A stretch of DNA of 64,000 nucleotides, taken from a bacterium (lineage in GTDB: Bacteria; Zhuqueibacterota; Zhuqueibacteria; Residuimicrobiales; Krinioviventaceae). The notes under the pieces were generated by a model that was given only the letters and a program-made list of their open reading frames with translations, searched no databases and was not told the origin of the DNA. Location: the NCBI GenBank assembly GCA_963675755.2, contig CAXXMD010000003.1:2080001-2144000 (forward strand), written 5' to 3'. The position numbers were made by a program, and so were the translations under genes. Shown piece by piece: positions 1-9,949 of the stretch; the first letter of the stretch is position 1, and every line of letters begins with the position of its first letter.

Positions 1-894
1 ACCGATTATTCTATTCATTCATCTTTTTTTGGGTATTATACTTTTGACAAGCCCGATTCAAACATGTATTCCCGGTTTGCAAACAGTATTCATTATCTGA
101 ATGCACATGATCCGGAACATCCTGCTGTGGTAAATATGCTGCCTTTGCATCGGCAGAATGATATTAATGGTTTGAATTATTTTTATCGAGATCTTTGGAA
201 TCTGGTTGACCGGGTTTCTCCACGGTTGATCTGTTTTGAACAATTTCCGGTATTTACAGCTGATACGGATTATTACCAGAATTTGGAAATCTTGAAGAGT
301 ATTTGTCTCGAGCAAGACATTCCCTGGTGGGCCACAGTAACTCAAACGCATCATTTTAGCCCTGCGGTGGAAAAAAGCCAACTGGATGTTCAGTTTTACA
401 GCGTTCTCGCTTATGGTGCAAAGGGAATTGCCTATTATCCGAATGCTTTTGAGCAGGATAATAAAGAGGATATTATTCCAGATATTAACAGATCAGAAAG
501 TACCCTGACGCATATTCGATATTTAAATAAAGTAATACAATCTTTTGCTCCATTTCTGAACGATTTAAGTTCAGTCGGGGTGTTTCACACAGATCCGGTA
601 CCCAGAGGCTGTGTTTCGTTAAAAGCAGGTTTGCCTCTGGTGAATATTGTGGGTAAGCAATTTTTAACAGGTATTTATAAAAGAGATAATCATTATTGGA
701 TTTGGTTGGTTAATAAAAATATTCAAACGGGGGCTGTCTGTAAATTGTTTTTTGATGAAAAAGTTAAACATTTGCAACAGATGAATTTGGGACTAGAAAA
801 TACGGATATAGATTTGGAAAATAATCGCTTCCAGTGTGAACTCATTTTTAAAGCGGGAGAGGGCCGCTTACTTGAGCTGGATATGAAGGAGTAA
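1..894 (+). CDS. 5'-truncated glycoside-hydrolase-like TIM-barrel protein (uncharacterised)
   Basis: Frame is open from base 1 (TDYSIHSSFFGYYTFDKP...) into ORF 64..894. The GYY-x2-DxP and LAYGAKGIAYY motifs recall uncharacterised beta-galactosidase-like proteins. Confidence 0.5.
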   Translation, partial: TDYSIHSSFFGYYTFDKPDSNMYSRFANSIHYLNAHDPEHPAVVNMLPLHRQNDINGLNYFYRDLWNLVDRVSPRLICFEQFPVFTADTDYYQNLEILKSICLEQDIPWWATVTQTHHFSPAVEKSQLDVQFYSVLAYGAKGIAYYPNAFEQDNKEDIIPDINRSESTLTHIRYLNKVIQSFAPFLNDLSSVGVFHTDPVPRGCVSLKAGLPLVNIVGKQFLTGIYKRDNHYWIWLVNKNIQTGAVCKLFFDEKVKHLQQMNLGLENTDIDLENNRFQCELIFKAGEGRLLELDMKE

Positions 895-900
895 AGAAGC

Positions 901-1086
901 ATGTTTGAATGGTTCAAGAAACGGGATAAAAAAATGTTACATGATGATCAACCCATTACGGAACAAGAAATATTATTATTAAAAAAGCTGGATGCATTAT
1001 CTTCCCAGTATCCCAGATACGATCATCGTACTGATGTTAAAAATGGTAAAATATTTATGGTAGAATCCAGTGAGGAAGAGCAGTAA
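901..1086 (+). CDS. small hypothetical protein (61 aa)
   Basis: ATG 6 nt after the upstream stop, with AAGGAG upstream; same orientation as its neighbours. Confidence 0.55.
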   Translation: MFEWFKKRDKKMLHDDQPITEQEILLLKKLDALSSQYPRYDHRTDVKNGKIFMVESSEEEQ

Positions 1087-1144
1087 AAATTAGTTTCTTT
1101 ATTTGTGCTAAATTAATTCATATAAATAACTAAAGGAGCGTTCA

Positions 1145-2425
1145 ATGTTGAAAAAAGAAAACGTTACTGCATTGAAAAATGAGGCAATACATCATTTAAC
1201 TAAAGAATTGTTGCCTTTTTGGATGGACAGAAGTAAAGATGACACATACGGGGGATTTATTACCCACTTTGATAAAGATGGAAACGATAGCGGCGATGAC
1301 CAGAAATCTTTGATTGCCCAAACCCGTACGGTTTTTAGTTTTGCACAAGCGCATAGAGCGGGTTGGGGAGAAGGAAGCTGTAAAGATTTTGCTGACCATG
1401 GTGTGGATTTTCTTCTTGATAAAATGTGGGATAAAGAGAATGAAGGATTTATCTGGACCACATATAGAAACGGTGAACCTGAGATTGAAAAGAAAATTAT
1501 GTATGGATTGTCATTTTGTATGTACTCTTTGAGTGAATATACCCTGGCAACCGGTGACGCACGAGGCCAAAAATATGCTGAACGCGTTTTTGAATTGATC
1601 AAAACCCATGGTCTTGACATTATGTATGGCGGTTTTTTTGAAATGTTTGAGAAAAACTGGGACCTTTGCGGCCCCGGCAGTGAGGGTGGCGATCGCAAAA
1701 CTCTGGATGTTCACATGCACCTGATGGAAGCTTTTACCACACTTTATGAGTGTACAGGGAAATCTACGCATCGACGTGCATTAATTGAGAGTATAGAGCT
1801 GTTGTTGGAACGAATATTGCACCCTGAATATAGAACCGGAATTCCACAGTTCTGGCGGGATTGGAAAGTTGCCCCTCAAATCAAGTTTGATATTGTATGG
1901 GGCTGGGACCGATTTTCAGACAGTGGCGCTAAAGACAATGCTGATGATAACACATCTTATGGCCACAACTGTGAATTTGCCTGGTTGTTGAATCGTGCGC
2001 TTGATATTTTGAAAATTGACAAGACACCATACCTGGACCTGATAAGATTGCAGCTTGACCACGCTCTTGCTCATGGTATTGATTGGGAATATGGCGGTGT
2101 ATATGTTGAAGGCTCTCACGCGGGCGGCGTTCATGACCGTGAAAAAGAATTCTGGCAGCAGGCAGAAGTTATGATTGGTATGTTGGATGGTGTTTTACTG
2201 TTCAACGATGAAAAATACTGGCCTGCATATGAAAATGTACACCGTTTTGTGTTTGACAAAATGATTAATCATCCGGTTGGTGAATGGTGGCCATTGATGA
2301 ACCGGGAAGGCGATAAAAAGGTTTGGAACCATATGAGTCATTCCTGGAAAGTCAACTATCATACTATTCGCTGCATGGTTGAAAGCATTAAACGGTTGGA
2401 AAAACTGGAAGCTATTGCAGAATAG
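1145..2425 (+). CDS. AGE family epimerase (cellobiose 2-epimerase / N-acylglucosamine 2-epimerase-like)
   Basis: LLPFW, AQTR, HMHLME, SYGH, WQQAE and KVNYH motifs; AAGGAG RBS. Confidence 0.88.
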   Translation: MLKKENVTALKNEAIHHLTKELLPFWMDRSKDDTYGGFITHFDKDGNDSGDDQKSLIAQTRTVFSFAQAHRAGWGEGSCKDFADHGVDFLLDKMWDKENEGFIWTTYRNGEPEIEKKIMYGLSFCMYSLSEYTLATGDARGQKYAERVFELIKTHGLDIMYGGFFEMFEKNWDLCGPGSEGGDRKTLDVHMHLMEAFTTLYECTGKSTHRRALIESIELLLERILHPEYRTGIPQFWRDWKVAPQIKFDIVWGWDRFSDSGAKDNADDNTSYGHNCEFAWLLNRALDILKIDKTPYLDLIRLQLDHALAHGIDWEYGGVYVEGSHAGGVHDREKEFWQQAEVMIGMLDGVLLFNDEKYWPAYENVHRFVFDKMINHPVGEWWPLMNREGDKKVWNHMSHSWKVNYHTIRCMVESIKRLEKLEAIAE

Positions 2426-2449
2426 AAAAACTATGATTCGGGAACGGAA

Positions 2450-4351
2450 ATGGATGAACAACAAATAAAAGCTGTGTTGGAAAAAATTGGTAATGTTCGT
2501 GTTTTGGTGTATGGTGATTTTTGTATTGACGCATACTGGGTCCTTGATCCCCGTGGTGGAGAAGTCTCGGTTGAGACCGGTATTCAGACAAAAGCGGTAG
2601 CGCGTCATTACTATTCACTGGGTGGCGCTTCTAATGTTGTTGCGAATCTGGCGGCTTTAAAACCGGCATCAATCCATGTGGTTGGTGCAATTGGTCCGGA
2701 TATTTACGGACGTGAAATGAAATACCAGATGAATGCCGCAGGTGTAAATACCGATTATCTGGTAGAGCAGCCCAATGATTTTGATACCTACACCTATGGT
2801 AAACGATACCTGGGTGATTCGGAGTTGCCGCGTATCGATTTTGGATATTATAATCAACGTTCTCCGGAAACGGACCGCAAGATCATTGAGAATATCCGAC
2901 ATTTGTTACCACAATGCGATGTTATGATTTTTAACCAGCAGGTTCCCGATAGTATTGGTGAGGCCTTTATTGAACAGGCTAACCGGGTTTTTCAGGATTT
3001 TAATGATAAAATTATTATTGCGGATTCCCGACATTTTGGAGAAATGCTTGTAAATGTTTACCGTAAAATCAATGCGGTAGAAGCGGCCAACTTGTCGGGG
3101 GTTGACGCGCAACCCGACGAATTTATACCCGATCGTGTTTCACGTGAACACGCACAAACTTTGTACAAGCAATCCCGCAAGCCTGTGTTTATTACACGGG
3201 GCGACAGCGGGATTATTATTGCTGATAACAAGGGGATTGCGCATGTTCCCGGACTCTTGTTTACCAGCAAGCTGGATACTGTGGGCGCCGGTGATACGGT
3301 GATCAGTGCATTGGCAGTGTGCCTGGCAGCAGGATGTTCTCCTGCGGAAGCCGCTGAAATTGCCAATCTGGCTGCGGGTGTGACTGTGCAAAAGTTGTTT
3401 CAAACCGGAACTGCATCTGTGGATGAAATTCTGGATTTGCAAGGACATGCGGTTTATATGCATCAGCCTGAACTTGCAAAGGATTTGGAAGAAGCGCACT
3501 ATATTGAAGATAGTGAGATAGAGATTTGCGTTCCCCGTGAATCGCTTGGATTGAAAAGAGTGCAGTCTGTGATCTTTGATCATGATGGTACCATCAGTAC
3601 CCTGCGTGAGAATTCACGTGATACGTTGAAACGCGTTATGAAAAAATGTATTGTGGGCGAGCAGGAACATACCATACCTGAGGCCTTGTGTAATAAAATT
3701 ACCAGACGTGTTAGCAATTTTGTAAACGTGTCTACGGGCCTGCATCCGCTGTTGCAGATGGAAGAGTTGACCGAAATGGTCAGAGAATTTAATCTTGTGC
3801 CGGAAGATCAGGTTTTGGAGCCAAAAGAATATTTCAGAATTTTCACAAAAACCCTGATGGAACCGGTACGCAAGAATATTTCAAGGATTGAAAAAGGGGA
3901 ACTGGAACCCACAGATTTTACTATTAAGGGTGTTGAGGCTTTACTGGAAGGTCTTAACGAGCGGGGCGTTACGTTAATTCTGGCGGGCAGTATTGATGTT
4001 TCCACAGTAGAGCAGGAAGCCGAGTTGCTGGAATACAATCATCTGTTCAAGGGTGGCATTTACGGTGCCATGAGCGATACAGATGCTTTTAGCAAAGACG
4101 CATTGATAGAAAAAATTATCAAAGAACACAATTTGCATGCACCCGAGTTTGCGGTTATTTCTGATGGTCCTGTTGAAATACGGGCATGCCGCAAGTATGA
4201 CGGACTGGCAATTGGGGTTGCCAGTGATGAGCAGCGCAGACACGGATTAAATACATTTAAACGTGAACGTTTGATCAAGGCCGGTGCGCAATTGGTGGTT
4301 CCTGATTTTGCACAATGGGAAAAAATACTGAATCTAATTACGATACCATGA
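2450..4351 (+). CDS. PfkB/RfaE-like carbohydrate kinase fused to a HAD-family hydrolase
   Basis: N-terminal GD..D.YW, LGGASNV and DTVGAGD motifs; C-terminal IFDHDGT and SDGPVE HAD motifs. Confidence 0.85.
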   Translation: MDEQQIKAVLEKIGNVRVLVYGDFCIDAYWVLDPRGGEVSVETGIQTKAVARHYYSLGGASNVVANLAALKPASIHVVGAIGPDIYGREMKYQMNAAGVNTDYLVEQPNDFDTYTYGKRYLGDSELPRIDFGYYNQRSPETDRKIIENIRHLLPQCDVMIFNQQVPDSIGEAFIEQANRVFQDFNDKIIIADSRHFGEMLVNVYRKINAVEAANLSGVDAQPDEFIPDRVSREHAQTLYKQSRKPVFITRGDSGIIIADNKGIAHVPGLLFTSKLDTVGAGDTVISALAVCLAAGCSPAEAAEIANLAAGVTVQKLFQTGTASVDEILDLQGHAVYMHQPELAKDLEEAHYIEDSEIEICVPRESLGLKRVQSVIFDHDGTISTLRENSRDTLKRVMKKCIVGEQEHTIPEALCNKITRRVSNFVNVSTGLHPLLQMEELTEMVREFNLVPEDQVLEPKEYFRIFTKTLMEPVRKNISRIEKGELEPTDFTIKGVEALLEGLNERGVTLILAGSIDVSTVEQEAELLEYNHLFKGGIYGAMSDTDAFSKDALIEKIIKEHNLHAPEFAVISDGPVEIRACRKYDGLAIGVASDEQRRHGLNTFKRERLIKAGAQLVVPDFAQWEKILNLITIP

Positions 4352-4777
4352 TTGTGTATAGTTTGTCAAGTATAAATTTAACAATGGGCATATGAATATT
4401 TATTTTGGTATTAATGTAATAATAAAGATCAAACCTGGAATATCTTTATTTTATTGATATTAATTCGATTTCATATCTATCCTTTTTAAACAAATCAATA
4501 GATGTTTTACAAATACTCGAGTTGAAAATCAGTATATCTATATGTACTTGTCCTTTTTTAAAAATTTCCCCTTCACCTTATATCTTTCAAGTCTGAAATA
4601 AATGAATGGGTTATGAATATTTTTCGTATTGTTTATCTGAGAGGGGTTGCGTATCTTACATAAAAACAATGTGTTGTGTTGTGGCACGCTTTTTGTGCAT
4701 TGTTGAGTTATATTGGGGAGATTATATTATAATTAACTGAATATTTTAAGTACTTTTTTTATTTTTAAGGGGCAAAA

Positions 4778-5581
4778 ATGATTATATCTTACTTGAAACG
4801 CTTAATTACAGATCCTGGTAAGAATATACCTTTGGTTAATAAATGGTTGCAAAAACAGTTATGTGTTGTTTTTAAAAACAGTGCATATTTTATGCAGGGC
4901 CAAATGAGCTTACATCCGGCTTCCAGATGGTATGACAAGGAGTTTGTTGAAATAACTGGTGGTTATTTTTTACGTAACGATAGTGTTCAAAGGAAAATCC
5001 ATTCATTACAGCATTATGATTATGTCAGAAGAAATATGTTAATATTATTGCTTAGAACCATCGAAGAACAGAAAATATCGGGGGATTTTGCAGAACTTGG
5101 CGTATACAAAGGTGCAACAGCAAGATTATTTCACCATTATTCGCCAAATCGTAAACTACATTTGTTTGATACTTTTGAAGGGTTTACAAAAAAAGGGGTG
5201 GATTCGGAAAAAAATAATATGAATAACGATGTCTCAATAGATGTTTTTTCGGACACATCTCTAAGTATTGTTAAAGAAAATATAATGCCGCAAAATAATA
5301 ATGTTTATTTTTATAAAGGGTATTTCCCAGAGTCTGTTACTGATGAGCTAGAGAACAAGAGATTTTCATTTGTCCATTTGGATGCAGATCTTTATGAACC
5401 CACTTTTAATGGTTTAACATTTTTTTATCCACGAATGTCTGTGAACGGTGTGATTGTAATTCATGATTATAATGCTTGGGTAGGTGCTCGAAAGGCAGTA
5501 GATGATTTTCTACGAGATAAAGAAGAATTCGCTATTCCTATGGTTGATTTGAGCGGCTCTGCAATTATAGTAAAAAAGTAG
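4778..5581 (+). CDS. TylF/MycF/NovP-family O-methyltransferase
   Basis: GDFAELGVYKG, LFDTFEGF, HLDADLYE and IHDY motifs. Confidence 0.88.
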   Translation: MIISYLKRLITDPGKNIPLVNKWLQKQLCVVFKNSAYFMQGQMSLHPASRWYDKEFVEITGGYFLRNDSVQRKIHSLQHYDYVRRNMLILLLRTIEEQKISGDFAELGVYKGATARLFHHYSPNRKLHLFDTFEGFTKKGVDSEKNNMNNDVSIDVFSDTSLSIVKENIMPQNNNVYFYKGYFPESVTDELENKRFSFVHLDADLYEPTFNGLTFFYPRMSVNGVIVIHDYNAWVGARKAVDDFLRDKEEFAIPMVDLSGSAIIVKK

Positions 5582-5601
5582 CTCTTTTTGAAGTATTGTT
5601 G

Positions 5602-6834
5602 CTATGGATATTCAAAGCCAAATTGTATTTGAATCAATCTGTCTTTAGCAAAAGTATAGTTACCATAATATATCGGAGTATAATAAAATTTTAGAAAATC
5701 TGAATCTTTAAGATTATCAATTTTGTATTGTACTCTTGTTGTATCATTAATGCTGGTTTCGTTGTGTGGATATCCCAGCAGGCTTAAGAGTTCGTCTTTT
5801 TTTGTTCCTAACTGTATATTTTTTAAAGTCTCAAATTCTTCAATAAAACCCAATGTGTGAATTTGTTCTTCTGGTGGTTGATATGAAATGACACATTCAC
5901 TGAATTCATTCTTTATACTGCCGGGATGGAAGATCAGGGTTAGAAATTGGGTTTGGTCCCTGTTGCTGACACAATAGTGGGGAAAAATATCATCATCCTG
6001 ATATTCCCAATGTATATCGCAGCCTAGCATTTCTTCAACACTGTTTCGATCCCATAAATACAGACTATTAACTGCAATGTCTGCACATTTCGGGATTATG
6101 GGCGGATACTTTAATTCTTTAAGGTTTGCGAGTTTATCTTTTAATGTGGAATAGTTATTTATTTGTTTTTCTTTTTCACTAGTTATATTTTTGAAACCCC
6201 AGTTAAGGGCCTCATGTAATTGGGGGGTGTATTTAAGGGAAACGGATTCTAATGTAAAATCAGGATTTTCGATATAAATTTGTCCCAAAACAAAAGAAGG
6301 GAGTTCGTCTGCAGAATGTTTTTCCAGGTTGATAATATCCAGAAAATCTTGAAACAATGCGGTATCTTTTGTTGTGGATATATACACTGGTAAAATGTTT
6401 AGCAATGGATTTAAAATCTGCTCAGAGTACTTTTCCATTTCGATACGCTTTGCCTGTGAAGATAATTTTAACAAATGGTAATAAAACAATTCAGACTCTT
6501 TAGCGAAAACGGATTTGAATAATTTATGAATTTCTTGCTTTGACATGTTTTTGATTAATTGAATACGGCTTTTGTGTACATAACCGGAATCTCCTTCACA
6601 TTTTTTTACCTTGATCCAGTCGCTGGATTCTGAGTAATTGCAATAAAATAGTTCTGATTCCTGAATGGTGTCAATTACCGGAAAATCAGAATTTTCACCT
6701 GATCTCATATTGGTGTATCCATCCGGATCTTTTATGACTGCCGGTTCATTAAAATGTTCGGGGATATAATAGAATGATTGTGAAAAGGAAAATGCTGATA
6801 AAACAGTAATTAGTATAAAGATTTTTGTTTTCAT
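5602..6834 (-). CDS. secreted SH3b-domain protein
   Basis: Signal peptide; IKDPDGYTNMRS...W..V...GYVHKSRI bacterial SH3 pattern. The remainder is unrecognised. Confidence 0.7.
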   Translation of the reverse strand: MKTKIFILITVLSAFSFSQSFYYIPEHFNEPAVIKDPDGYTNMRSGENSDFPVIDTIQESELFYCNYSESSDWIKVKKCEGDSGYVHKSRIQLIKNMSKQEIHKLFKSVFAKESELFYYHLLKLSSQAKRIEMEKYSEQILNPLLNILPVYISTTKDTALFQDFLDIINLEKHSADELPSFVLGQIYIENPDFTLESVSLKYTPQLHEALNWGFKNITSEKEKQINNYSTLKDKLANLKELKYPPIIPKCADIAVNSLYLWDRNSVEEMLGCDIHWEYQDDDIFPHYCVSNRDQTQFLTLIFHPGSIKNEFSECVISYQPPEEQIHTLGFIEEFETLKNIQLGTKKDELLSLLGYPHNETSINDTTRVQYKIDNLKDSDFLKFYYTPIYYGNYTFAKDRLIQIQFGFEYP

Positions 6835-6955
6835 TTTGAATTTTAAAATTTATTAAAGGAAACCTTTTAATGCACCCTATGCTAGTTTAGAAAAAGATAA
6901 GGATTTTTTGAATTTAATCAACCAGAAATAGTAATTTAGTATTGATAAAAGTTAT

Positions 6956-7125
6956 AATCAAGGTAATCCCGGGAATCTTTTTAATCTAGGTTTTAATCAG
7001 GGCAATCTTGTAATCCTTTAAATCTGGGTATTAATCATGTTAATCTGTTAATCCTTTGAATCAGGGTCTTGCTTTTTCGAGTCATGGTTAAATCAAGGTA
7101 ATCCCGAGAATCCTTTGAATCATGG
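6956..7125 (-). repeat. GATT/AATC ladder repeat: four ~38-bp units, each with four AATC 8-9 nt apart
   Basis: AATC at 6956, 6965, 6974, 6983 / 6995, 7004, 7012, 7021 / 7033, 7042, 7050, 7059 / 7091, 7100, 7109, 7118. Confidence 0.85.
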
Positions 7126-7617
7126 TTATGGTTGGTTTAAGACGAGTTCCCAGTAGCCCACATCAATCCATTGTTCAAATTTGAATCCCACTTGTTTAAA
7201 ATGGGCTACTTTTTCAAATCCGAGTTTTTCATGAAGGGCAATACTGGCGGGATTGGGCAGAGAAATACCGGCAACAATACTGTGAAGGTTTTGGGATTTC
7301 AACTCCTGCAAGAGCTGGCTGTAAAGTCTGGATCCATATCCTTTGCAGGTGTGATCGGGATGGAGGTAGACGGTGCTTTCAGCCGAGTATCGGTACGCGC
7401 AACGCGATTTCCATTGGCTGGCGTAGGCAAATCCCACGATTTGTTCATCCTGTAGAGCAATGAGCCAGGGATACGATTGCGTGGTCTCGCGGATGCGGTG
7501 TTCCATTTCCTGAATAGAGACGGGTAACTCTTCAAAGGTGACGATGGTTTCGGCAACATAGTGGTTATAAATGTTGGCAATGGCCTCTGCGTCTTTGGGC
7601 AAGGCGGGTACTATCAT
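7126..7617 (-). CDS. GNAT N-acetyltransferase, phosphinothricin/ArsN1-like (YncA/Pat family)
   Basis: IYNHYV...TFEE, RCAYRYSAESTVY, NPASIALHEKLGF and VGFKF..W.DVGYW motifs. ATG at 7617 is preferred over the longer ORF start. Confidence 0.88.
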   Translation of the reverse strand: MIVPALPKDAEAIANIYNHYVAETIVTFEELPVSIQEMEHRIRETTQSYPWLIALQDEQIVGFAYASQWKSRCAYRYSAESTVYLHPDHTCKGYGSRLYSQLLQELKSQNLHSIVAGISLPNPASIALHEKLGFEKVAHFKQVGFKFEQWIDVGYWELVLNQP

Positions 7618-7760
7618 TTTAAAATCCTGTTTACTACACACACTCTTAATTATTACGGAATTGGATGCTTTATGTTTCAGAATAACTTTTTGTTGCATGT
7701 TATTTTTGAATATTGTATTAATAATAAACCTTGAAAATTTATAATATTTTGGAGTTGAAA

Positions 7761-8273
7761 ATGCCAACCCCCATCAAAATCATCAAAAAAGAGCACGAGC
7801 CCACGCTGGAAATTCGGATGCAGTGCACCATGCTGAAAATGCCCATGATGATTCGGCAGTCGTATATGCTGATTTTGACCTATCTGGAAGAACTAGGTGA
7901 AGAGATGAGTGGTATGCCCTATGTGCGGTATTTGAATTTGAATTGGGATACCATGTTGAACGAAAACAAGCTGATGGGTTTCATTCGTGTGTTTACACGA
8001 AAATGGGATATGGCTATTGGATTTCCGGTAAAAAAAGAGCTGGAAGAACGGGGAGATATTAAGCCGGGTGGGTTACCCGAGGGACGATACATCCGCACTA
8101 TCCATTACGGTCCCTATCAAAAGGTGGGAGATACCTACAAGCTTATGACAGCATATGCAGAACAAAAGGGGATTACCATTCAGAACGAATCCTTTGAAAT
8201 CTATCTCAATGATCCGGGCAAGGTTTCCAAGGAAAGATTAGAAACAGAGGTGTTGATACCTGTAAAGGAATAA
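7761..8273 (+). CDS. GyrI-like small-molecule-binding domain protein
   Basis: H.GPY and EIYLNDP...LETEV.IPV motifs; GGAG RBS before ATG 7761. Confidence 0.82.
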   Translation: MPTPIKIIKKEHEPTLEIRMQCTMLKMPMMIRQSYMLILTYLEELGEEMSGMPYVRYLNLNWDTMLNENKLMGFIRVFTRKWDMAIGFPVKKELEERGDIKPGGLPEGRYIRTIHYGPYQKVGDTYKLMTAYAEQKGITIQNESFEIYLNDPGKVSKERLETEVLIPVKE

Positions 8274-8281
8274 AATAATTA

Positions 8282-8303
8282 GACCGGCCCCTAAAGACCG
8301 GTC
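8282..8303. terminator. hairpin between convergent genes
   Basis: GACCGG-N10-CCGGTC. Confidence 0.5.
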
Positions 8304-8311
8304 ATTTCTAC

Positions 8312-9760
8312 TTATTTTTGCAACAGCATTTTTATGACCTGGTAGGTTTTATTTGTTTCTTTAGTAGAATTTGTAATCAACTCACAAAAATAGATGCCAC
8401 TTGAACAATCTTTAGCATTCCATTCCTGCACATAAGCACCGGGAGCAAGGGTTTCATTTGTTAGCGTTGTGACATGCTGACCCGATACATTGAAAATATT
8501 TATTTCCGTATGGCTTTTTTCTAACAATTCGAATTCAATCCGGGTTATGGGATTAAACGGATTGGGGTAGTTCTGTAACAATTTAAATGTTGCGGGAGCT
8601 TTTGGGTTTTCAGAAACCGCTGTGATATCCTTGTTTTCAAAAACAGAAATATATGTCCCTAAAACATATAATTTGTTGTTTGCTACAATAGGTTGATATC
8701 TATAATAACCGGTTTCATTCAATAGCATTTCTCCGGTGTTAATGTCGAAACCATATAAATCTGTGTTGGCGTACAGTGTGATATAAACGACTCCGTTAGC
8801 AATGGTGGGAGTGGAAGCACCTTTGCCTTCTTCAAAAGTGTGGTGCCACTTGTAACTACCATCTGATTTTCCAAGGGTGTATATATTTCCAAGGGTATCC
8901 GCATCCTCCCAGACTGTAAAACACAGCAATTCGTCAGTTATTGCAATAAATCCCTGGTAGGATGCTGTAAAAGAACAGCCATTGGTATCATAATACCACA
9001 CTAGCTCTCCACTTGTTTTGTCTACTGCTATGACAGAATCCTGGTCAGCGGTATAGATATTTGAATCGTCAATAACAATGCCCCGTTTATCCACATCTGT
9101 AAAGGATTTTTCCCAAATTTGAACACCGGTATATTTTTCAAATTTTATGATTTTATCATCCGTACATAAATAGCAAAAATTTTCATCTATGGCTGGGGAG
9201 GTTTGTCTGGTATAATAATAACTCCAGATAACTGAGCCATCGTTTATATCCAGACAATACAAGCTATCTCCTACAATGTACAAACGGTCATCATCTAAAA
9301 TAGGATGCCTTGTAAACATTGAAATGTTTATAGGTTTAAGCCATTTAAGCAGACCTGTAGATTTATCCACAGCATAAAGTCCTTCACCATATTGTCCACC
9401 CAAAAATGCCAGCGAATCGTTTTGCGCGGCACAAAAGCTGTTTGATCCTCTCGAGTTAATGATTTCGAATTGCCATAAAGAATCACCTGTTTCTGTATCT
9501 AGTGAAATAAAGTAATTAGGTTCGCCTTGCCAGCTTGATATGAGTTGATTTCCCAGCAAAGAAAGAGTTTGATAACCATGATTGATATTGCAGAGAAAAC
9601 CGGTATTTTCTAGTGGTGGATGTAGTTGATCCTCATCGGATGCCCATGACGTTCGTTGTGGATTTGCATTGACCATTGGCCAGTATTGCTGAGCTGTTAC
9701 TACCGAAACCATACCCATAAAAACCAGCAGGAATGTACATAGTTTTGCCTGGATTGACAT
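8312..9760 (-). CDS. secreted PQQ-like beta-propeller protein with C-terminal FlgD/T9SS-like sorting domain
   Basis: Signal peptide; repeated AVD..TG...W blades; C-terminal LLQNYPNPFNP...SSGIYF...KMLLQK. Confidence 0.85.
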   Translation of the reverse strand: MSIQAKLCTFLLVFMGMVSVVTAQQYWPMVNANPQRTSWASDEDQLHPPLENTGFLCNINHGYQTLSLLGNQLISSWQGEPNYFISLDTETGDSLWQFEIINSRGSNSFCAAQNDSLAFLGGQYGEGLYAVDKSTGLLKWLKPINISMFTRHPILDDDRLYIVGDSLYCLDINDGSVIWSYYYTRQTSPAIDENFCYLCTDDKIIKFEKYTGVQIWEKSFTDVDKRGIVIDDSNIYTADQDSVIAVDKTSGELVWYYDTNGCSFTASYQGFIAITDELLCFTVWEDADTLGNIYTLGKSDGSYKWHHTFEEGKGASTPTIANGVVYITLYANTDLYGFDINTGEMLLNETGYYRYQPIVANNKLYVLGTYISVFENKDITAVSENPKAPATFKLLQNYPNPFNPITRIEFELLEKSHTEINIFNVSGQHVTTLTNETLAPGAYVQEWNAKDCSSGIYFCELITNSTKETNKTYQVIKMLLQK

Positions 9761-9949
9761 ATTGCCTCCTCTAAAATTAAGTTGAATAATATAGAAATGA
9801 GGGCTGTACTGCTTTACTACTGGTATGAATGGTTACTGTGTCTTCCCCGTTGAAGTTGCCCGTATTTAATAATATAATATTTAGTATAAAATGTCAAATG
9901 TTTTTATTCATTCTTGCAAAATGCAGTAAATGATAAAAAAAGGGGTAAA

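Noticed and set aside
6956-7125. CRISPR array
   Set aside because: Units abut without unique spacers, only tetramers are conserved, and there are no cas genes.
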